A DNA stretch of 64,000 nt from Arcobacteraceae bacterium (GTDB taxonomy: Bacteria > Campylobacterota > Campylobacteria > Campylobacterales > Arcobacteraceae): contig JBLWVX010000012.1 of NCBI GenBank assembly GCA_048268245.1, forward strand, positions 9,308-73,307. The letters run 5' to 3'. The notes beneath the pieces were generated by a model. That model was not told the origin of the DNA and did not search any database. It worked only from the letters and a program-made list of their open reading frames with translations. The position numbers and the translations under genes are program-made. Shown here piece by piece: positions 53,617-63,746 of the stretch (the first letter of the stretch is position 1; each line of letters starts with the position of its first letter).

Positions 53617-54711
53617 TTATACGAAAGGATTAAATTCTATTGCTTCTAGATCTTTTGCAAAATCTTGTGATTTGCCTGTTGGTGCATCTAAAACTATTAC
53701 ATTTGCTTTATGTGTAAGTTTTACTTTTGATGCTCCATATTTTTCAAGTAAGTTTATAAGTTGTTCTATTTTTTGTGAACCAATATCTAGAGTTTTTAGT
53801 TTACAACCAATATAACTTTGATTTTCAATTTTACTTTCATTGATTCCAAGTCTTGGAGCTTTTCCTTCAACGAACTCTTCATCAATATCAAAATCTTTTA
53901 TTCTAAAAGTCACTGATGAGTCTAAAATATCAAAGAATTTACTAAATCCCCAAGATCCAACTAGGTATTGAAAAGTACTATCTTCAATTTCATCTCTTAT
54001 TCCAAAATCTTTATAGATTTTAGCAATAGCTCTTGCTGTTGGGATAATTTGAGAAGATGTAATAAATCCTAAATGCTCACCTATAACTCTAAGTGAGTAA
54101 ACAACTTTACCTTTTTCATTTTTTGTTGCATTAAAGCTTATATCAGGTGTGTATGTTAAAGCACAACCTTGAGCATAACCACTTACTGCAATTGTTAATT
54201 CATTTGGTAAGTTAGAGAAGTTTTTATTGCCTATAAATGTTTCATTTAATTTAGCTGCAATACTACTTACATCTGCTATTTGTGTTTTGTCTATTCCATT
54301 TACAGGACATGTAATTATATTTTTTACATTATGTCCTGCTTCAAAAATAGTTTTTAATCCTACATTTTGTAGAAGATTAAAAATCTCAGGTAGATTATGC
54401 ATTCTTAGCCATTTAAATTCAACTTTTTGATAAGTATTAAAAAGTAAACTATCTTTAGCAAATTTCTTAGATATAGTTAACAATGTATTTAATTGTTCTA
54501 GGTTTAATTGTCCTAAAGGTAGAGGCACTTTAAGTCTAAAGTAGTCTTCTGTATCCTCTTGTTTATGAATACCATACCATTTAAACCTAATAAGGTCTTC
54601 TGGGCTAGCTTTTTCACCTAAAACAGCATAGATATAGATGTCACTTATAACATCTAATCCATCCTTATTTTTTTTTATTTGCTCTATATCCATAGCTAAG
54701 TTCCTCGACAT
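53617..54711 (-). CDS. Nitrite/sulfite reductase-like protein, C-terminally short
   Basis: FKWYG, RLKVPLG, NIITCP, NLPN..IAVSG; lacks the C-terminal four-Cys siroheme/Fe-S motif. Confidence 0.65.
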   Translation of the reverse strand: MSRNLAMDIEQIKKNKDGLDVISDIYIYAVLGEKASPEDLIRFKWYGIHKQEDTEDYFRLKVPLPLGQLNLEQLNTLLTISKKFAKDSLLFNTYQKVEFKWLRMHNLPEIFNLLQNVGLKTIFEAGHNVKNIITCPVNGIDKTQIADVSSIAAKLNETFIGNKNFSNLPNELTIAVSGYAQGCALTYTPDISFNATKNEKGKVVYSLRVIGEHLGFITSSQIIPTARAIAKIYKDFGIRDEIEDSTFQYLVGSWGFSKFFDILDSSVTFRIKDFDIDEEFVEGKAPRLGINESKIENQSYIGCKLKTLDIGSQKIEQLINLLEKYGASKVKLTHKANVIVLDAPTGKSQDFAKDLEAIEFNPFV

Positions 54712-56168
54712 TAGATGGCCTTACAGTTCCATTCTGGATAGTTTCTTCTAATGAATTCATTTAATTCTTTTTCTGCTTGAGTATACTCTTTAGTTTCTTC
54801 TTCTAAATGAGCAAAACCTTCAACAGAAGATACAATCATACCAGCACCAACTGTAGCATTAGTGTATTTATCAATAATTATGAAACTTCCAGTATATCTA
54901 TTTTCATGATAAGGGTCAACTGCAATGTCTCTATCAAGTGAAATAGTACATTTTGCAATATCATTTAACTCTAATTTATCAGCTTCTACTTCTTCAAAAG
55001 TATTGATGTTCTTTTTAAACTCAATTGAGTTAACAGCACCATTTAAAACAGAAGTTGCTCTTTTAATTACATAATTCTGGTTTAAAGTTAAAGGTTGCTC
55101 GTCCATCCATACAATCATTGCAGATAAGTGATTTGATACTTTAGGTATATCTCGTGATTTTACAATCATATCACCTCTTGAAATATCAATCTCATCTTCA
55201 AGTGTTATAGTAGTAGCCATTGGAGCAAAAGCATGCTCAATAGTTTCAACTTGCTCATCTTTTCCAATAGGTCTTAAATCTTTAATATCATTTGATACGA
55301 TAGATTTAACTTTAGATGTTTTTCTTGAAGGTAATACAGTAATCTCATCACCAACAGAAATTGAACCACTTGCAATTGTTCCAGAGAATCCTCTAAAGTT
55401 TAAGTGAGGTCTTATAACATATTGAACTGGTAATCTAAATGAATCAGACTCTTTTTTATTAATAGGTGTACTATCTAATAACTCCATTAAAGGCTTACCT
55501 GTATACCAAGGTGACTTTTCAGAGTTAGTTAAGATATTATCTCCATCTAATGCAGAAATAGGAATAAATTGAATATTTAAATCTTCATTATGTGGAAGAT
55601 ATTCAATAATTTCTTGGTAACCTTTTTTAATATCTTCAAACACTTCTTCTGAGAAGTCAACTAAGTCCATCTTATTAATAGCAACGATTAGGTTTTTAAT
55701 TCCTAACTGAGATGCAATATAAGAGTGTCTTTTAGTTTGAGTTAAAATACCTTGTCTTGCATCAACTAAGATAATTGCTAAATCAGCAGTTGAAGCACCT
55801 GTTGCCATGTTTCTTGTGTATTGTTCATGACCTGGAGTATCTGCAATAATAAACTTTCTCTTATCTGTTGAGAAGAATCTATAAGCAACATCAATAGTAA
55901 TACCTTGTTCTCTTTCAGATGCTAAACCATCAACTAAAAGTGCTAAGTCAATCTTATCACCAGTAGTTCCAACTTTTTTACTATCTTTTTCTATACTTGC
56001 TAATTGATCTTCAAAAATCATTTTTGAATCGTATAATAGTCTTCCAATTAGTGTTGATTTACCATCATCAACTGATCCACAAGTAATAAATCTTAAAATC
56101 TCTTTGTTTTCATGCTCTTTTAAATATGCTTCAATATTCTTTGAAATTAAATCTGATTGATGTGCCAT
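54711..56168 (-). CDS. cysN: Sulfate adenylyltransferase subunit 1
   Basis: GSVDDGKST, EREQGITIDVAY, DTPGHEQY, NKMD; start placed at MAHQS. Confidence 0.96.
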   Translation of the reverse strand: MAHQSDLISKNIEAYLKEHENKEILRFITCGSVDDGKSTLIGRLLYDSKMIFEDQLASIEKDSKKVGTTGDKIDLALLVDGLASEREQGITIDVAYRFFSTDKRKFIIADTPGHEQYTRNMATGASTADLAIILVDARQGILTQTKRHSYIASQLGIKNLIVAINKMDLVDFSEEVFEDIKKGYQEIIEYLPHNEDLNIQFIPISALDGDNILTNSEKSPWYTGKPLMELLDSTPINKKESDSFRLPVQYVIRPHLNFRGFSGTIASGSISVGDEITVLPSRKTSKVKSIVSNDIKDLRPIGKDEQVETIEHAFAPMATTITLEDEIDISRGDMIVKSRDIPKVSNHLSAMIVWMDEQPLTLNQNYVIKRATSVLNGAVNSIEFKKNINTFEEVEADKLELNDIAKCTISLDRDIAVDPYHENRYTGSFIIIDKYTNATVGAGMIVSSVEGFAHLEEETKEYTQAEKELNEFIRRNYPEWNCKAI

Positions 56169-56169
56169 C

Positions 56170-57084
56170 TTAAAAATACCCTTCTTGTTTCTTTTTCTCC
56201 ATTGATGCGTCACCATCACTATCTATTAGTCTACCTTGTCTCTCAGATGTAGTACAAGTTAACATCTCTTGAATAATCTCTGGTAATGTTGTAGCTTCAC
56301 TCTCAACAGCACCAGTTAATGGATAACATCCAAGTGTTCTAAATCTTACTTTTTCTTTTTTAGCTGTTTTTCTTAATTCTTCTGGAACTCTATCATCATC
56401 TACCATGATTTTTGTACCCATGTATTCTACAACTTCTCTTTCTTTTGAGAAGTATAAATCAGGAATATCAATATTTTCTAAATAGATATATTGCCAAATA
56501 TCAAGTTCTGTCCAGTTTGATAATGGGAATACTCTAATAGACTCGCCTTGTGTATGCTTTCCATTATAAATATTCCATAATTCAGGTCTTTGGTTCTTTG
56601 GATCCCATCTGTGGTTTTTATCTCTAAAAGAGTAAATTCTCTCTTTCGCTCTTGATTTCTCTTCATCTCTTCTAGCCCCACCAAATACAGCGTCAAACTT
56701 TTGGATATTTAAAGCATTTTTTAAACCCTCAGTTTTCATAACTTCTGTATGTAATGAACTTCCATGCTCAAATGGAGAGATATCCATCTCTAAACCTTTA
56801 GGATTTGAGTAAACAATTAACTCCATTCCCACTTCTTTAGCTCTTCTATCTCTAAATTCAATCATTTCTTTGAATTTCCATTTTGTATCCACGTGCATTA
56901 AAGGTAATGGAGGTGGAGCAGGGTAGAATGCTTTTTGTAAAATGTGTAGCATTACAGAAGAGTCTTTTCCTACTGAATAAAGCATACCAGGGTTAGAAAA
57001 CTCTGCTACAACTTCTTTCATAATATGCATAGACTCAGCTTCAAGCTGTTTTAAATGTGTTAATCTCTCATTACTTATTTCCAT
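56170..57084 (-). CDS. cysD: Sulfate adenylyltransferase subunit 2
   Basis: [35 protein letters not shown]. Confidence 0.97.
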   Translation of the reverse strand: MEISNERLTHLKQLEAESMHIMKEVVAEFSNPGMLYSVGKDSSVMLHILQKAFYPAPPPLPLMHVDTKWKFKEMIEFRDRRAKEVGMELIVYSNPKGLEMDISPFEHGSSLHTEVMKTEGLKNALNIQKFDAVFGGARRDEEKSRAKERIYSFRDKNHRWDPKNQRPELWNIYNGKHTQGESIRVFPLSNWTELDIWQYIYLENIDIPDLYFSKEREVVEYMGTKIMVDDDRVPEELRKTAKKEKVRFRTLGCYPLTGAVESEATTLPEIIQEMLTCTTSERQGRLIDSDGDASMEKKKQEGYF

Positions 57085-57093
57085 TTTATTCCT

Positions 57094-57798
57094 TTATTTC
57101 TTGTGTAAACCACACTCTTTGTGTTCTGGGTTCTCCCACCACCATCTTCCAGCTCTTATGTCTTCACCTTCTTTTACGGCTCTAGTACATGGTGCACATC
57201 CAATACTTGGGAAGCCTTGGTCATGTAACTTGTTGTATGGAACAGAGTTCTCTTTGATGTAGTTCCATACATCTTCTTCACTCCAGTTGATAATAGGATT
57301 TACTTTGATAACTTTAAAAGCTTCATCCCATTCAATTACTGGCATATTTGTTCTTGTTACACTTTGAGCTGCTCTAAGTCCTGTAATCCAAACATCTAAA
57401 TCTTTTAGTGCTCTTTTTAAGGGCTCAATTTTTCTAATTCCACAACAGTTTTTTCTTTTCTCAATACTTTCAAAATGTCCATTTACACCTTGTTCTTGAT
57501 ATAACTCTTGAACTTTTTGGCTATCTGGGAAAAATACATCTATTTTAATATTGTATTTTAGGTTTGTTGCATCCATTACATCGTAAGTTTCTGGGTGCAG
57601 TCTTCCTGTATCTAGTGTGAAAATTCTGGCTTCTTTGTCTTGTTTTAACATTATGTCTGTTACAGCTTGATCTTCTGCTGCTAAACTAGAACTTAGAGCA
57701 ACTTTACCTTTATAGTTTTCTAAAAAGAAAGCTATTACTTCTTGTGTTGATTTATTTTCTAAATCTTTGTTTAATCTATCTACTATTTCTTTACTCAT
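57094..57798 (-). CDS. cysH: APS reductase-type CysH (4Fe-4S)
   Basis: LDTGRL, CC and CxxC cluster ligands, GRWWWE, ECGLH. Confidence 0.93.
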   Translation of the reverse strand: MSKEIVDRLNKDLENKSTQEVIAFFLENYKGKVALSSSLAAEDQAVTDIMLKQDKEARIFTLDTGRLHPETYDVMDATNLKYNIKIDVFFPDSQKVQELYQEQGVNGHFESIEKRKNCCGIRKIEPLKRALKDLDVWITGLRAAQSVTRTNMPVIEWDEAFKVIKVNPIINWSEEDVWNYIKENSVPYNKLHDQGFPSIGCAPCTRAVKEGEDIRAGRWWWENPEHKECGLHKK

Positions 57799-57809
57799 AA
57801 ATACCTTAC

Positions 57810-58040
57810 CTAAATTTGATAATCATTCTCTGCTGGTTTAACTCTTCCTAGATTTATCTTATTCCATGCTCTTTCATGGAAGTAATATAAAACCATTTTT
57901 GTAACTAATTCAATTGAACCAATTGAAGCTGCCATTCCAAGATTTCCAGTAACAAAATAAGAGATTACGATTGTATCAAGCGTTCCTAGAGTTCTCCAAG
58001 ATATAGTCTTTACGATAGATCTATAAGGTTTTTCATGCAT
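57810..58040 (-). CDS. DUF2061 small membrane protein
   Basis: RSIVKTISWR...YYFHERAW. Confidence 0.88.
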   Translation of the reverse strand: MHEKPYRSIVKTISWRTLGTLDTIVISYFVTGNLGMAASIGSIELVTKMVLYYFHERAWNKINLGRVKPAENDYQI

Positions 58041-58088
58041 ATTTATTTTGCCTTTCTTATTAAAGGGCTATATAATAACGAAGAGTTT

Positions 58089-59021
58089 TTACTCTTCGTC
58101 ATAGTTATATAGTCCTGAACTTAAGTATCTTTCACCTGTATCACAAAGGATAGTAACAATTGTTTTACCTTTATTTTCAGGTCTGTTTGCAACAACGTCT
58201 GCAGCGTATACGTTAGCTCCCGCTGAAATACCAATTAATAAACCTTCTGTTTGAGCTAGCTTTCTTGATGTTTCAATAGCAGTGTCGTTTCCAACTGTAA
58301 TAATCTCATCAAATACATCAGTGTTTAATACACCTGGAACAAATCCTGCACCAATACCTTGAATTTTGTGAGGACCTGGTTTACCACCACTTAATACAGG
58401 TGATGCTTCAGGCTCAACAGCTACAACTTTAATATCAGGGTTATGTTGTTTTAATACTTCACCAACACCTGTAATAGTTCCACCAGTACCAATAGCAGCA
58501 ACTAAAATATCAATTTTTCCATCTGTATCTTTTAAGATTTCTTGTGCAGTTGTTTGTCTGTGAATCTCTGGGTTTGCACCATTGTTAAATTGTTGTGGAA
58601 TGAACGAGTTTTCTGTTTGCTCTGCTAATTCACTTGCTTTATCAATAGCACCTTTCATACCTTTTTCAGGCTCTGTTAATACTAAATCAGCACCTAAAGC
58701 TTTTAATAATCTTCTTCTTTCAATACTCATTGATGAAGGCATAGTAAGAACTAATTTAATTCCTAAAGCTGCACAAACAGATGCTAAAGCAATACCTGTA
58801 TTTCCTGATGTTGGCTCAATTACAGTTGTATCTTTGTTGATTAAACCTTGCTCTAAAGCTGTGTTAATCATGTTTGTACCAATTCTATCTTTAACAGAGT
58901 GAGAAGGGTTCATAAACTCACATTTACCTAATACTGTAGCACCACTTTTGTTACTAGAACCTTGTAATTTTACTAATGGAGTGTTTCCAATTAATTGTGT
59001 TAAATTTTCAGCGTAATTCAT
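58089..59021 (-). CDS. cysK: Cysteine synthase A
   Basis: [33 protein letters not shown]. Confidence 0.96.
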   Translation of the reverse strand: MNYAENLTQLIGNTPLVKLQGSSNKSGATVLGKCEFMNPSHSVKDRIGTNMINTALEQGLINKDTTVIEPTSGNTGIALASVCAALGIKLVLTMPSSMSIERRRLLKALGADLVLTEPEKGMKGAIDKASELAEQTENSFIPQQFNNGANPEIHRQTTAQEILKDTDGKIDILVAAIGTGGTITGVGEVLKQHNPDIKVVAVEPEASPVLSGGKPGPHKIQGIGAGFVPGVLNTDVFDEIITVGNDTAIETSRKLAQTEGLLIGISAGANVYAADVVANRPENKGKTIVTILCDTGERYLSSGLYNYDEE

Positions 59022-59033
59022 AATTTATTTCCT

Positions 59034-59447
59034 TTATATACTATAATGTAAAAATTCATTGTATTTATCTTGATAATCATCTAGACCAGCTAGAGTCACA
59101 TCAAATATTTTTTTCATGCTTTGCTTCGAATCATCAAAAAAGATATTCAAAATTGGATTTGAAGCTTTAGCATCAACAATCTTTAAATCATCCTCTAATG
59201 CTATTAAAATATCAACAACTTTGATATCTTCAGCATTATGAGCTAGGATATATCCACCCTTAGCACCTCTAATACTCTTTACAAGTTCGGCTCTTCTTAA
59301 TTTACTTAGAAGTTGCTCTAAGTAGTTTTGAGGAATGTTAGCATTTGAAGAGATTTCCTTGATTTGCATAGGAGTCTCTTTGTCATGCTTGCTTAGTTCG
59401 TACATGGCCGTAAGACCATATACACCTTTTGTGGATATTAACGGCAT
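59034..59447 (-). CDS. Rrf2-family regulator (Cys-less, CymR-like)
   Basis: YLEQLLSKL...SIRGAKGGY; no Fe-S cysteines. Confidence 0.9.
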   Translation of the reverse strand: MPLISTKGVYGLTAMYELSKHDKETPMQIKEISSNANIPQNYLEQLLSKLRRAELVKSIRGAKGGYILAHNAEDIKVVDILIALEDDLKIVDAKASNPILNIFFDDSKQSMKKIFDVTLAGLDDYQDKYNEFLHYSI

Positions 59448-59459
59448 TTTATTTCTCTC

Positions 59460-60728
59460 TTAATTTAATGCTTGATTTAAATCTTCAATTAAATCAGCAG
59501 GATTTTCTAAACCAATTGATAATCTAACCGTAGTAGGGTTTACACCAGCTTTTTCTAACTCTTCAGGGCTTAACTGAGAGTGAGTTGTTGAAGCAGGCTG
59601 AACAATTAGTGATTTTGAATCACCAATATTTACAACAACGCTAAACAGTTTAGTACTATCAATCACTTGTTTTGCTGCTTCATAAGATTCAGCTTCAAAA
59701 GAGATAAGACCAGAAGCTTTCCCACCTTCAAAGTACTTTTGTGCTTTATCGTAGTATGGACTTGATTCTAATCCAGGGTAGTTAACTGATTTAACTTTTG
59801 GATGAGATTCTAAGAACTTAGCCACTTCTAAAGAGTTTTTAGAGTGTTTTTCCATTCTAATATCTAAAGTCTCAATAGTTTGCAATAGTAACCAAGATGT
59901 ATTTGGAGATTGACAAGCTCCAATATCTCTTAGTAATGCTAATCTAATTCTTAAACAAAAGTTTGGTAATGGTACATCAGTATAAACTAAGCCATGGTAA
60001 CTTGCATCTGGCTCTACAAAGTGATAGTATCTTTTAGGATTTGCTTTAAAGAAATCTGCTAAACCATCTCTTTCAATAATAGCACCACCAACAGCAGTAC
60101 CTTGACCATTTATGAATTTTGATGTTGAGTGAACTACTACATCAACTCCCCATTTGATTGGATTAAATAAAGCTGGACTTGCTACTGTGTTATCACAAAT
60201 AGTTAAAACTCCATTTCTTTTACCAATCTCTACGATTTTTTCCACATCTGCAATTGCAATTTGTGGGTTTGATAAAGATTCAAAGAAAATTGCTTTTGTC
60301 TTATCATCAATTTGCTCTTCTAAATTTGAAGCATCTGCACTTTTAAATACTTTTGCAGTAATTCCAAATCTTTTAATAGTGTGAGTTAAAAGTGTAACAG
60401 CTCCACCATATAATTTATCAGAGATAAGGATATTATCACCTGCTTCTGCTACGTTTGAAATAGCGTAGAAAATAGCAGCTTGACCACTAGATACACAAAT
60501 AGCTCCAGCTCCACCTTCAAGTTGAGCAAGTCTTTGCTCTAATATATCAGTAGTAGGATTTGTTAATCTAGTATAGATTGAACCTAACTCTTTTAATGCA
60601 AATAAGTTTGCAGCATGCTCAGCATCTCTAAATGCGTACGCAGTTGTTTGAGCAATCGGTACAGACATAGTACCCCAACCCTCTTTATTGTTGTAGCCTC
60701 CATGTACTGCAATCGTTTCTTTATGCAT
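59460..60728 (-). CDS. metY: O-acetylhomoserine sulfhydrylase
   Basis: IYTRLTNPT, DNT, HSTSKF, NIGDSKSL, ASTTHSQL. Confidence 0.9.
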   Translation of the reverse strand: MHKETIAVHGGYNNKEGWGTMSVPIAQTTAYAFRDAEHAANLFALKELGSIYTRLTNPTTDILEQRLAQLEGGAGAICVSSGQAAIFYAISNVAEAGDNILISDKLYGGAVTLLTHTIKRFGITAKVFKSADASNLEEQIDDKTKAIFFESLSNPQIAIADVEKIVEIGKRNGVLTICDNTVASPALFNPIKWGVDVVVHSTSKFINGQGTAVGGAIIERDGLADFFKANPKRYYHFVEPDASYHGLVYTDVPLPNFCLRIRLALLRDIGACQSPNTSWLLLQTIETLDIRMEKHSKNSLEVAKFLESHPKVKSVNYPGLESSPYYDKAQKYFEGGKASGLISFEAESYEAAKQVIDSTKLFSVVVNIGDSKSLIVQPASTTHSQLSPEELEKAGVNPTTVRLSIGLENPADLIEDLNQALN

Positions 60729-61101
60729 TTTGTATCCTTTATATTTTTTCTTCTTTCTTTATGTTCCTATGTCGAAATTGTAATATATTTTAAAGTTAAT
60801 GTCAAGTGATTTAATCATAATTAACTTGATATTCTTTACTAAATTACTATTATTTAGAATTTTTGAGCTAATTTGTACCAAAAAATACTAATCTTGAACA
60901 TATAACTAAAGTACTATACTATAGTACTTACAATACTATTGTAACAAGTTAAAAGTAATCTTGAGTAAAAAAATAAACAAAATAGGAAAAAATTTTAAAA
61001 AAAGGTGTAAAAAAGTAAAGTTGATTACTTTAGTATGGAATAAAAACTCTATATTATTACAAAAAAATGGTATAATCTATACTAAATAAAAGGGGTCATA
61101 T

Positions 61102-61428
61102 ATGGAAAAACACTCTATTTTAGATGATATAAATTTAAATGTCAAAGAAGAAATCTTTAGTGATTTACTAAAGAATAAAAATGTAAGAATCGAGCGTATA
61201 GTATCAACTGGTCAAACAAGCCCAAAAGATTTTTGGTATGACCAAGATGAAAATGAGTTTGTATTAATACTTGAGGGTGAAGCTATTTTAGAGTTCAAAG
61301 AAGAAGATAAAATAAAAGAAGTAAAACTAAATAAAAATGATTACATAGATATAAAAGCTCATGTAAAACATAGAGTTAAGTATACAGATACTACTAAACC
61401 AACTATTTGGCTAGCAGTATTTTACTAA
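61102..61428 (+). CDS. Cupin-domain protein
   Basis: RIERIVS.G..SP...WYDQ...E.V...G, H..HRV, WLAV. Confidence 0.85.
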   Translation: MEKHSILDDINLNVKEEIFSDLLKNKNVRIERIVSTGQTSPKDFWYDQDENEFVLILEGEAILEFKEEDKIKEVKLNKNDYIDIKAHVKHRVKYTDTTKPTIWLAVFY

Positions 61429-61487
61429 ACCTTGCTGTCATCATATATAAAGTATAATTCCATCAAGAAATAAAAAGAGGATAGATT

Positions 61488-62717
61488 TTGAAAATAGCTA
61501 TTATTGGAGCAGGAGCTGCTGGTATTATGGCAGGTATTACTGCAAAGAGATTAAATAAAGACTTGTCAATAGATATATTTGATATAAACAAAGGTATAGG
61601 AAAGAAGATACTAGCCTCAGGAAATGGAAGATGTAATATCTCAAACTCAAATATCACATATAATAACTATATTGGTGAGAATCCCTCTTTTGTAAAAGAT
61701 GCACTAAAGCAGTTTACTTTTGCTGACTTTGAAAAGTTTTGTAAAAGTATAGGGCTTTTACTTGATATAAAAGAGACTTGTAAAGTGTATCCTTTATCAA
61801 ATGAAGCAAAATCAGTAGTGAACCTACTAGAAAGCACATGTGTTTCATTTGGTATAAACCTAAACTTAGGTGTAAAAGTAGAAGATATAGAAAAACAAAA
61901 TGATAAGTTTGAACTAAAAACAGAAGATAAAAACTATAAAGATTATGACAAGGTAGTTATCAGCTGTGGTCTTGCAGCAGCTCCACAACTAAATGCAACT
62001 GAAAAGGGAATAGACTTTGCTTCAAAGTTTGGACACTCTTCAAATCTAACATATCCTTCACTTGTAGGACTTCATACAGACTATGTGCAAAAAAGCAGAC
62101 TTCAAGGTGTAAAAAAAGAATCAGAAGTTACACTTTATATAGATGGGAACAAAGAAGCTTCTATAATAGGAGATGTGCTTTTTACAAAATACGGAGTATC
62201 AGGTTTTGCTATTTTAGATATATCTCAATACGCAGTATATCCACTAAAACTATATCAAGATGTACAAATAGCAATAAACCTTTTCCCAACTATAAATAGA
62301 AATGAGCTTTTAGCTTCTATTGAGAGCTTATTAAAATCTTTACCAAATCAAAAAGCCTCACTTTTGCTAACAGGACTAATCTCAAATAAACTAGCTCCAA
62401 TAATCTTAGAAAACTGTAAAATCCCAACAGAAACCCTAGCAAAAGATATAAATGCAAAACAAATAAGAGCAATAGTAAATAACCTAATAAACTGGCGATT
62501 CAAAATCACAGATACTCAAGGCTTCAAACATGCAGAAGCAAGTGGAGGAGGGGTTCGAACTGATGAGGTAGACCCAAAAACATATGAAAGTAAAAAATGT
62601 AAAAACCTATACTTCGCAGGAGAGGTACTAGATATAGTAGGAAATAGGGGTGGTTTTAATTTACATTTTGCATGGGCGAGTGGGTACTTAGCCGGAAAAT
62701 CACTGGGTAAAAAATAG
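61488..62717 (+). CDS. HI0933/BaiN-family flavoprotein
   Basis: GAGAAG, KILASGNGRCN, GEVLD...GGFNL..AWASG. Confidence 0.92.
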   Translation: MKIAIIGAGAAGIMAGITAKRLNKDLSIDIFDINKGIGKKILASGNGRCNISNSNITYNNYIGENPSFVKDALKQFTFADFEKFCKSIGLLLDIKETCKVYPLSNEAKSVVNLLESTCVSFGINLNLGVKVEDIEKQNDKFELKTEDKNYKDYDKVVISCGLAAAPQLNATEKGIDFASKFGHSSNLTYPSLVGLHTDYVQKSRLQGVKKESEVTLYIDGNKEASIIGDVLFTKYGVSGFAILDISQYAVYPLKLYQDVQIAINLFPTINRNELLASIESLLKSLPNQKASLLLTGLISNKLAPIILENCKIPTETLAKDINAKQIRAIVNNLINWRFKITDTQGFKHAEASGGGVRTDEVDPKTYESKKCKNLYFAGEVLDIVGNRGGFNLHFAWASGYLAGKSLGKK

Positions 62718-62827
62718 TAACTTTTGCTAAATTTCGGCGTTATCGTCGAAATTGAAATAGTCACATACTATAGTATGCTCCCATTCCAATTTCTCCTCTG
62801 GCCTTGAACTTTAACAAAATTTACTAT
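62714..62827. repeat. ERIC-like long imperfect palindrome (MITE-like)
   Basis: Nested arms ATAGTAA/TTACTAT, TTTTGCTAAA/TTTAACAAAA, GAAATTGAAAT/ATTCCAATTTC; core reverse complement GGAGCATACTATAGTATGTGAC resembles the ERIC core. Confidence 0.6.
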
Positions 62828-63744
62828 TTAGGAAAGATTTCATTTATTTTTTCATTTTCATATTTTATTTTAAAATAATCTTTTAACCTTAGATAGTTGT
62901 GTAAATCAACTAGGTAAAGATAAGATAAATATGACTTTAACTGTATGCTTTTTTTAAAATAGTTTTTATTTTTAACCTCTATATTATTAATTAATAGATA
63001 AATATTAAGCCTTAATTTATTAAGCTTTTTCTTTCCAACTGATGTTCTATCTTTTAAAGGTATTAGACCTGTTATATAAGGTCTTTTTGAGTACTTTTCA
63101 AAATATCTTGTTTTTTGCTTATTAATTTTTAAAAAGGGATATTCACTAGTAACTAAATCATTTATGGTTTTTTTTATTAATTGTTTATCCATAGCATACT
63201 TGGCAGAAATAGTAATATCATCTGAGTATCTAGTGTATTGAATATTTATGTTTTTGAACTGTTCTTTTAACTTACTATATAACTTTATATCAAATTCTTT
63301 CATAAAAATATTTGATACTATAGGAGAAGTTGGAAATCCAAATTGAAGTTGATTTTTATAAAATAAAATATTGGAAATTAGTGTTATATTTTCTTGTGGG
63401 AAATTGTTTTTTATAACATTAATACATTCAGTTTTACAAATTGAAGGGAAAAAATTTTTAAAATCAGAAGTAAAAAAGTAATTATTTCCTTGGTGTCTTT
63501 CTAAATTATAAGATATATTTTTATTTTTAATATAGGCAGTTGCATTATCTGAAAAATAATCATTTAAATATTTTTTTTGCAAGTACTCTTTTAGAATTTT
63601 TTGAAGAATTTTTAATTCCCATCTAGGTGCATATTGCCATTTTCCTTTAAATCTGAACCTGTAAATGTAATCAGATTTGTTTTTTAAAACAGTCTCAAGC
63701 ATTTTTTCTGGATAACCTGAATCAATTAGAAAATCTTTAAACAT
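62824..63744 (-). CDS. Retron-type reverse transcriptase
   Basis: P..ELK..Q, NLERH (NAxxH-like region X), DFKNFFPSI, GFPTSPIVSN, YTRYSDD, ITGL (VTG-like region Y). Confidence 0.88.
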   Translation of the reverse strand: MFKDFLIDSGYPEKMLETVLKNKSDYIYRFRFKGKWQYAPRWELKILQKILKEYLQKKYLNDYFSDNATAYIKNKNISYNLERHQGNNYFFTSDFKNFFPSICKTECINVIKNNFPQENITLISNILFYKNQLQFGFPTSPIVSNIFMKEFDIKLYSKLKEQFKNINIQYTRYSDDITISAKYAMDKQLIKKTINDLVTSEYPFLKINKQKTRYFEKYSKRPYITGLIPLKDRTSVGKKKLNKLRLNIYLLINNIEVKNKNYFKKSIQLKSYLSYLYLVDLHNYLRLKDYFKIKYENEKINEIFPK

Positions 63745-63746
63745 AA

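Noticed and set aside
60729..60900. SAM riboswitch or T-box before metY
   Set aside because: No conserved core motifs or GC-rich stems visible.
62824..63744. Group II intron or DGR reverse transcriptase
   Set aside because: No maturase or endonuclease domain, no domain V RNA, no template/variable repeat pair visible; retron X/Y-like motifs are present.
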